From positions 3,793-67,792 of the forward strand of contig JBKQSL010000045.1 of assembly GCA_052143655.1 (NCBI GenBank): 64,000 nt of DNA, given 5' to 3'. Below, piece after piece: positions 1-6,117 of the stretch (position 1 is its first letter; each line of letters opens with the position of its first letter). The notes below the pieces were generated by a model. That model was not told the origin of the DNA. It saw only the letters and a program-made list of their open reading frames with translations, and searched no databases. Origin of the DNA: Streptosporangiaceae bacterium (GTDB lineage: Bacteria > Actinomycetota > Actinomycetes > Streptosporangiales > Streptosporangiaceae). The position numbers were made by a program, and so were the translations under genes.

Positions 1-29
1 TCACGTACGTGTGCCAACTGGGCTGAATG

Positions 30-125
30 CTAGCCGTGGCAGCGGGGGGCCGTCGCCAAGCCGACCGCGAGCGCCAGCCCGGCTGCGCAGAGCGCAAAGA
101 CTGTACTGATCCTGTGGCGGTTCAT
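30..125 (-). CDS. Short signal-peptide ORF (31 codons); probably the 5' part of a secreted-protein gene that is frameshifted or runs off the window
   Basis: ATG at 125. MNRHRISTVFALCAAGLALAVGLATA looks like n-region + hydrophobic core + AxA-like site. Stop at 30-32 comes right after a homopolymer (plus-strand G6 at 44-49); removing one base keeps the frame open to position 1. Confidence 0.3.
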   Translation of the reverse strand: MNRHRISTVFALCAAGLALAVGLATAPRCHG

Positions 126-206
126 CAGAACCCCCAGTAGCCCCAGCTCGTGACGTACAGCGAGTGCGGTGCGGCCAGCGGCTTGGGCTGGGTCGGCCCA
201 GGACAG

Positions 207-600
207 CTACATGTCGTGGTAGTAGTACCGCCCGTCGTGCCGCCAGGTGTTGCCCGTGGTCACCGTCACCGGGACCGTGTAGTACGGGCAGTCGACCATC
301 GGCGTGCAGCCTGCGCGGACCGCATGCAGGTAGCCCTTCACTGTGGCCGCGCCTGTGTGGTTGTACGGATACCAGTGCAGGTCCGTCAGGAACGGGGAAC
401 CGCCCTGCCCGAAGAGGATCCGGACGGGCTGATCCGCGAAAGTCCAGGCATGGGAGTCATTCAAGACCACCCCCGGGGCATTTGTAGTTCGTGCACTGGG
501 GCAGCGGGACGGCCTGTACGGCGGTCAGCGGAGTTAAGGCGCCGGCGAGCAGGGCGGCAACAGCGAAGAGCACTGCTGCCCACTTTGTGATCCTTATCAT
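207..600 (-). pseudogene. Small secreted protein gene with a 1-nt frameshift in a homopolymer (or assembly indel)
   Basis: SD-like gaggggg ~9 nt before ATG at 600. MIRITKWAAVLFAVAALLAGALTPLTAVQA signal peptide frame stops at 457-459. The next frame (207..470) continues VVLNDSHAWTFADQP... Span is 394 nt = 3n+1, and the junction is the ccccc/gggg run at 470-478. Confidence 0.45.
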
Positions 601-659
601 GATATCTACCCCCTCATGGCTCAGGCTCCGACGCTTGAGCGCCCCCGAATTAGGGACGG

Positions 660-1223
660 ATGTCCTGCCCCCGGACGGACCGAAGGCCCGGCGGCAACAT
701 GCAGGCGCACGATAATGAGCCAGTGGCAGCCAGGAAGCCCGCACGACCGCCCATCACCAGCATCCCGCTCACCAAGCGCACCGGTTACATCCGGTACGAG
801 CTGAACTGGCAGGCCACCGCTTTGCGGATGCAGTATGAGCGCCTGGTTCACCATCTCGGGCTGTCCGAGAACGAGCGGCTTCTCGGCTACATGCAGTCGG
901 TCACCGACCTGGATTACCTGGTCATCACCGCGCACCGGATCTACCGCCTCGCAGACATTGCTAAGGGCTACGGGATTGACCGGGACGGCGAGCTGAAGGA
1001 CGTCATCGGCGCGTTCCGCCGGGACTGGAAGCCGAAGCTGATCAAGATCCGGGATGCGCTGGAGCATCTGGACCACGGCTCGGTGGGCCTGCTGCCGTAC
1101 GAGGGCGACGGCGTCATCACGTTCGCGTCCATCCTTGGTCCCATCGACGTCCACGAGCTGTACAAGGCGGCGGATGAGCTATGCCAGGCGATCAGCCGCG
1201 CTGTCGCGTCTTGCGGGCCGTAA
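660..1223 (+). CDS. Hypothetical protein, possible HEPN-like nuclease fold (R-x4-H motif)
   Basis: Uninterrupted 187-codon ORF (alternative ATG at 699). Contains KLIKIRDALEHLDHG, i.e. R-D-A-L-E-H, matching the HEPN Rx4-6H signature. No other recognisable domain. Confidence 0.55.
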   Translation: MSCPRTDRRPGGNMQAHDNEPVAARKPARPPITSIPLTKRTGYIRYELNWQATALRMQYERLVHHLGLSENERLLGYMQSVTDLDYLVITAHRIYRLADIAKGYGIDRDGELKDVIGAFRRDWKPKLIKIRDALEHLDHGSVGLLPYEGDGVITFASILGPIDVHELYKAADELCQAISRAVASCGP

Positions 1224-2030
1224 TCAGACTTGAGCGAGTAACTACCTCCCGGGTTGTCTCACTATGCGAAACGGTACTTTGCGCAACCAGATAGTTGTGA
1301 AGCACCAGCAGAAGTGCGGAACTGCACTGCCCGTTCTCTTCTTACGCATCAGCGCGCTCGGGCACCCCGTCACCCCCGTGACGTCACTGAACTCTGCGCT
1401 TCGGTCGTAGACCCCTCATCACCAGCGCACTGGCGCATAGCCCTTAGTTACTCGGGAACCGTTAATGAGGCGGGGAAACATCGTGTACGCCATACGCAGT
1501 CAATCAGGTATTGCGCACGGCATAGGCAGCAGCGCCACCGGTAAGGGAAATAGGCATGAACTACCGGCACCACTACTTCGGCTACCTGGACTGTGGGGCC
1601 TGATCATCGTCGCCATCGGCGTCGCCGGGATCAGGTTCACCTGGTACAGGAATCGCAGGTATGAACGCCAGCAGCACGACAGCCCAGGTCGCGAGTAAGA
1701 ACGTGCTGCGCCTCCAGATTCCCGGCCGACGTGCGCAGCCCGAGGGCGGGGCCTGCTACCTACTGCTACTGCAGCGCATAGAAGAGCAGCAGATAAGCAA
1801 GCAAGAACTGCTAAACCACGAGCAGAAGCAGCGGTACGAGAGTCGAACCGGCGACACACTACTAGGACCAGGAACTCTCTCCAACCTGGTGAGCAGCTCA
1901 ATCAAGCCCTCATCCCCTCTTCCACCTGGTCACACTCGCAGTGATCATTAACGTTAATTCTCCGTAGTGGCGGTAATTGGCAGTAATCAGCACATCATTA
2001 TCCTGTCTAACGAAGTTCAGTGCCCTATTT

Positions 2031-2150
2031 AATGGCTGATGAATAACACGCCACGCCGCCCCTCAGCCTCTATTTATGGCATCAGCATGGCAATGATCCC
2101 AATGCCATTAACTCTAATGGCATTAATTCATAGGGGTCATTGCCGTTAAC
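2031..2150. repeat. Cluster of ATGGC(A/T) / TAATGGCATTA motifs (operator- or iteron-like)
   Basis: atggct 2032-2037, atggca 2076-2081, atggca 2087-2092, aatgccatta 2101-2110 (reverse orientation), taatggcatta 2115-2125 (5-bp arm palindrome), cattgcc 2138-2144. Lies in an AT-rich stretch at the 3' end of ORF 2123..2323. Confidence 0.4.
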
Positions 2151-2323
2151 CGGGTGCGCACCCGCATATTGGCGACGGGCAGCCAGTCATTAAGCGTGGC
2201 CAGTCGCAGCCTGCCCGGCCTCATCGACTCCAGCAGCGCCAGCACGTCCTGGTCGTCAGCGCTCCTGCCCGCCTCGCGCAGCCTCTTCTCATCCACCTGC
2301 ACCGTGATCGTGATAATGGACAT
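2123..2323 (-). CDS. Small (66 aa) hypothetical protein, ribbon-helix-helix/VapB-antitoxin-like N-terminus
   Basis: ATG at 2323 inside ORF 2123..2425. MSIITITVQVDEKRLREAGRSADDQDVLALLESM resembles the T-x-x-x-D-x-x-L-L-x-E-A start of small RHH antitoxins. The opposite-strand ORF is Ser-rich shadow. Confidence 0.4.
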   Translation of the reverse strand: MSIITITVQVDEKRLREAGRSADDQDVLALLESMRPGRLRLATLNDWLPVANMRVRTRLTAMTPMN

Positions 2324-2367
2324 CAACCCCCTGACCTGGGAGTTTACGGCGCTATGCACCGAGTGGC

Positions 2368-2787
2368 ATGATGATGCCCGTGCATGAGCCGCACCAGGAC
2401 TGGCACGACCTGCGCTGGTCAGCATGGGTACCGGTCGAGGACATCGAGCGGGTACCAGCCAAGCGAGGCATCTACCGGCTGCGCTGCCAGTCCAGCAAGG
2501 ACAAGCTCATCTACGTGGGCATCAGCGACCGGCTCAGCTCACGGCTGAACGGGTTGCGTCGTGCTCTGCCGAGGGCCCGGCAGCATATGGATGACCAGAC
2601 CTATGTCGGCCACTCAGCCGCCCGCTGCGTTGTCCAGCACCAGGATCGGGGCGAGAGCGTCGAGGTGAGCTGGGCAGAGATCGCCGGCATCGACCGGCGC
2701 GAGCTGATGGGCCTGGAGGTAGACCTGATCGCCGCGTGCCGGGCGGCGTACGGCCACAGCCCAGCGTGCCAGTTCCACGGGGAGTAG
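2368..2787 (+). CDS. GIY-YIG domain nuclease (stand-alone, 139 aa)
   Basis: RGIYRLRCQSSKDKLIYVGIS = GIY-(x11)-YVG motif, followed by conserved Arg cluster (SRLNGLRR) and acidic residue (GLEVDLI). Confidence 0.75.
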   Translation: MMMPVHEPHQDWHDLRWSAWVPVEDIERVPAKRGIYRLRCQSSKDKLIYVGISDRLSSRLNGLRRALPRARQHMDDQTYVGHSAARCVVQHQDRGESVEVSWAEIAGIDRRELMGLEVDLIAACRAAYGHSPACQFHGE

Positions 2788-3271
2788 CCCTGATCAAAGC
2801 AGCATTACGGGACTAACCTCCAACGTTGTCAACGGTGTGCAGCATGATCCTTTAGGAGTTTTGGCCGGTCAGTATGGGTGTTAGGCGCCCAGGGCGCATA
2901 GGCGGTTCCTGGGGCCTTGACGGGCGCCACAGCGCCTGTCAGGGGGGGCGGGCCATCAGCCGATATAGGCACTGAGGCGCTACAGGGGCACACGGAGGCC
3001 ATTACGGCGATAGTCAAGTTTAGGCAAAATCGAAGAGGCTACCGGTGCGCAGGGTGATGGCAGGACTACCCGTAATTGCGGTTTATTAATTAAATCCCCA
3101 TAACTTTATAGGACATAGATAGTTAGCACAGGTAGTTAGTTTGAAACAAGAAGGGGGCACCGTTAAGCCGGTCTTGCCGAGGAAAGGGCACCAGGAGATT
3201 TTCGCAGATCCCGCCTTCCACCCAGGTGACAGTGCCCGGATTCTGGACAGTACGGGGCTTATCCGGGGGGG

Positions 3272-3973
3272 TTACATATCGCCCATCAGCCCGCGCAGCC
3301 TCCTGATCCGCTCGTCAAGGTAGCGGGCCGCCTCGTAGATTTGCTCAGCGGCAGCGGCCGGGCTCGCTCGATCAAGCATGATCGCCGCATCCATCAGCGC
3401 CTCCACCGCTCCCGGCCTCAGTGTCCTTTTCAGCGTGTCAGCGGCCAGGTACAGGGCGTCGGCCGTGCTGGGATTGATATGCCGGGCCGCCTGGTGCAAG
3501 ATCAGCGCGGCTTCAGGGTCTATCAGCTCGATCTCCGCCAAGGCGTCACGGATCGCCTGCTTAGTCGCCTCGGTCCCCTGCTGGATCATGTCGCGGAGGG
3601 TGTCTTCGGTCAGGCCGGACATCCCCTTGAGCTGAGCAATCGGGCCTTCCTCACGGCTGGCCTTCCACTGTTCGAGGACCTCGATGGGGTAATCCTCGGG
3701 CTTCACCCGGTCCACGTACTGATGGTGCGGAGTGCAGAGGTAGATGAGGTTGCACCAGTGCCGCCGGTCCTCGTTGCTCATCGCCGGCACATACCGGGGG
3801 CCGTTGGGCCGGGCTGCCCTGATATGGGCGATCTCCAGGTTGTTGACAGGAGTGCCGTTGACAATAACGGTGACCGGCGCGCTGCAAGGAGGATCGGGCC
3901 AGTAGCAGGTCCCCTGGCCCAGGGCTGCAAGAGCTGTCAGCGTAGCGCGGGTATATCCGCGCGGATCAGGCAT
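3272..3973 (-). CDS. HNH endonuclease domain protein with C-terminal all-helical extension (233 aa)
   Basis: GTCYWPDPPC...NNLEIAHIRAARPNGPRY...NLIYLCTPHHQYVD = Cys pair + H-N-H core. C-terminal ~130 aa are Ala/Leu-rich helical. Confidence 0.8.
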   Translation of the reverse strand: MPDPRGYTRATLTALAALGQGTCYWPDPPCSAPVTVIVNGTPVNNLEIAHIRAARPNGPRYVPAMSNEDRRHWCNLIYLCTPHHQYVDRVKPEDYPIEVLEQWKASREEGPIAQLKGMSGLTEDTLRDMIQQGTEATKQAIRDALAEIELIDPEAALILHQAARHINPSTADALYLAADTLKRTLRPGAVEALMDAAIMLDRASPAAAAEQIYEAARYLDERIRRLRGLMGDM

Positions 3974-4013
3974 TACATCCTCCGGGAATGTCTAATTGAG
4001 ATTCACGGACCGT

Positions 4014-4463
4014 TTAAGGACGGAGAATGCTGATCACGCCCACTACAGCGCTTACGCATCCTGCTGTCACGCTGATTATTCCTGCGATGCCTCCCATTTG
4101 CTCGATCTTGGTTTGTTCCAGTCTGACCAGAACGGCCACGTCACTAGGAGGGTGGTCATGAAGAGAGCGAGCTTGCCCCGGATTTTTCGTCAGGTTGCCG
4201 GCGCGCATGCGGTGCCAGCCCAACCGCGCGTACATTTTCGCGAGCGTATGATCCGTGCTTCCTCTGCTACAACCGAGTAGCAAACCGTTGACGCTGTTCT
4301 TGCATGGCTTTCTGTTGAGCGTAGTCACACCGCATGTCGTCGGGAGACTGAACAGTATCAGCCATCCAATGATCCCGGCCACCGCTCCTGTAGATAGTAA
4401 GCCCCACCCGATATTACCGGCAGCGAATGCCAGCACAGCGCACACGATGAACCCGGCAAGCAA
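4014..4463 (-). CDS. Membrane protein (149 aa), first gene of a two-gene unit with the HNH gene
   Basis: Two N-terminal TM segments (FIVCAVLAFAAGNIGWGLL, AVAGIIGWLILFSL), Cys-containing loop, C-terminal TM (GIAGIISVTAGCVSAVVGVISIL). Same strand, 40 nt upstream of HNH gene. Confidence 0.6.
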   Translation of the reverse strand: MLAGFIVCAVLAFAAGNIGWGLLSTGAVAGIIGWLILFSLPTTCGVTTLNRKPCKNSVNGLLLGCSRGSTDHTLAKMYARLGWHRMRAGNLTKNPGQARSLHDHPPSDVAVLVRLEQTKIEQMGGIAGIISVTAGCVSAVVGVISILRP

Positions 4464-4635
4464 TCCTAAAAGTGTGATGCCTTTTGCCGTGGCGTCATCT
4501 CCTCGGGCTCAGCCCGCTGTGTCATAGCACCCCCTGCGCTCGCCAGGAATAATGCACCGCACTCAGGTACCGGGGTAACTCTCCCGATGAACGGCTCATG
4601 CTCGGAATCTAACCCGGCCTGGAGATTCCGGCTAG

Positions 4636-4770
4636 TGGCTCTTTAGCGTTGCGCAGAGCAGTGCCGTAGGGGCGCTGGATGAGCTGGACCGGCTGGCGTC
4701 GCTGCTGGAGCGCGGGCTGCTGACCCGTGAGGAGTTCGAGGCAATGAAGGCGAAGATCATCGCAGGCTGA
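4636..4770 (+). pseudogene. SHOCT-domain remnant (no start codon)
   Basis: Open frame after TAG 4633-4635 reads ...ALDELDRLASLLERGLLTREEFEAMKAKIIAG*, a typical SHOCT C-terminal motif. No ATG/GTG/TTG in frame, so it is likely the tail of a disrupted gene. Confidence 0.45.
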
Positions 4771-4827
4771 GCGCGTCCCGGCAGCCTGATTTGCCCGGCG
4801 TGCACTGGCGGGCGGACCATCGGGGTC

Positions 4828-5712
4828 ATGGGCAACTTCTCGAAGCACCCCAGGGCTACGGAGCAGCAGCCGCCTGACGCGCCCGCGCTGCCGTCCGGCA
4901 CGAAGCCAGTGCCCCTTAGCGGCCCCGTGCACGATTCGTCCATGACAACGGGGAAGTACGTGCCCAGTCGCGATCCACGAAGGCCGCCTAGGGAGAAATT
5001 TCCGAGTAGCAGAGAGCGCACCGACCGGAAGCCCTCGTTTGAGCGGGAGGTCCCGATCGAGCAGATGCCACCTGAGGGCAAACAGGAGATGGCGCCTGAG
5101 GTCAATCAGGAGATAAAGCCGGTAAAGGATGCGTCCAGCAACGGGCAGCTACGCAGTCCCGCGACAGGTCCCGTGACGAAGGGCGTCGAGGACACGGCCG
5201 TCAACTGCCTGACTTCGGCACTGGAGACGGTTGCGAAACTCGCCGTCCCCCATCTCGCCCCGGTCGTCACCATGTGCGAGTTCGTGATCAAGGGCATCGA
5301 CGCGTGGAAAGGCCTGGACTCTACCGGGGGAAAGTCGATCACACTTCCGGTGCCGATTCCTGGCCTACCTGGTGACTTTAGCCTGAACGTGCGTTTCGAC
5401 CTGACCGAGGACTCCAACCACTCAGGCTTCTCGGCGTCGGTCAGCCCGCCTGGCCCCCTAGCCGGCGCGTTCTCGCTCAAGCCTCTGGATCAGCCAGGCA
5501 GCCAGCAGCAGGCGGAAACTACCAAGGCGGGCGCAGAGCCCATCAAACCGTACGCCGGGTTGCCCCTTGACCAGCAGCGGGTGTTGCGCGCCGCTGAGCA
5601 GCAGATCGGGCCCGAGCTGGCTGCGAAGATGCCGGACCGGAGTCGGCGGCGCCTGCTGCTGGGCTACGACCCTGAATTGCGGTTCTGTGTGTGGGCGTGC
5701 GCTGAAGCCTGA
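4828..5712 (+). CDS. Hypothetical protein (294 aa), disordered charged N-half, unknown C-terminal domain
   Basis: Long ORF with coding-like composition; no recognisable motif. Confidence 0.5.
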   Translation: MGNFSKHPRATEQQPPDAPALPSGTKPVPLSGPVHDSSMTTGKYVPSRDPRRPPREKFPSSRERTDRKPSFEREVPIEQMPPEGKQEMAPEVNQEIKPVKDASSNGQLRSPATGPVTKGVEDTAVNCLTSALETVAKLAVPHLAPVVTMCEFVIKGIDAWKGLDSTGGKSITLPVPIPGLPGDFSLNVRFDLTEDSNHSGFSASVSPPGPLAGAFSLKPLDQPGSQQQAETTKAGAEPIKPYAGLPLDQQRVLRAAEQQIGPELAAKMPDRSRRRLLLGYDPELRFCVWACAEA

Positions 5713-5876
5713 GGACAGGCCGGGCATTCGTGGCCGCCTTGCGCAGGTGCCCCTCCTCGTCGGGTCATGCCGCGTCCGTCAGATTGAGGCGGTCCGGTGG
5801 GGTGCTGGCGGGCACCGGCACGGAGGCGCCCGTAACTACGAGCGGTAACGCCGGCCGGGTAGTACCAGGTGGGGTG

Positions 5877-6085
5877 CGGGAGACGTCGCGCGGGACATCG
5901 TGGGGGACGCGTGGGACATGCGGGACATGTCCCACACTGGACGCGAGCGGGACGACCCTGAATTAATGAATTGCTATACGCGCGGAAGCCACGATGATGA
6001 TTTTTAATACTTTCGGGGCTGGCAATGCATGAGCGATCATTGCAGCGCGCTCTTGGCGATGTCCCACTGTCCCACCATGTCCCAC
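5877..6085. repeat. Two opposed iteron arrays (GTGGGACAT / ATGTCCCAC) flanking an AT-rich core; candidate origin of replication of the island
   Basis: Left: gggacat 5892-5898, ggggac 5903-5908, gtgggacat 5911-5919, palindrome gggacatgtccc 5922-5933, gggac 5949-5953. AT-rich core ~5958-6020 (gaattaatgaattgctatac...gatgatgatttttaatac). Right: atgtcccac 6059-6067, tgtcccac 6068-6075, atgtcccac 6077-6085. Immediately 3' of the replicase gene. Confidence 0.55.
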
Positions 6086-6117
6086 TCCCTGTTTTATTAA
6101 CAAATTCCGGTGCCCAG

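Noticed and set aside
1821-1900. Possible tRNA or tRNA fragment (ggttcgactc T-loop-like sequence on the minus strand)
   Set aside because: The T-stem pairs poorly (one mismatch, two wobbles). No matching acceptor-stem 5' strand, D-arm or anticodon arm could be built. It does not match the tRNA-Asn 3' end, so it is not a usable att duplicate.
3341-4033. 230-aa plus-strand ORF, and the 6025..6798 and 7418..8008 plus ORFs
   Set aside because: These lie antisense to the HNH and PrimPol genes, whose motifs are unambiguous. Their translations are Arg/Leu/Ser-rich without motifs.
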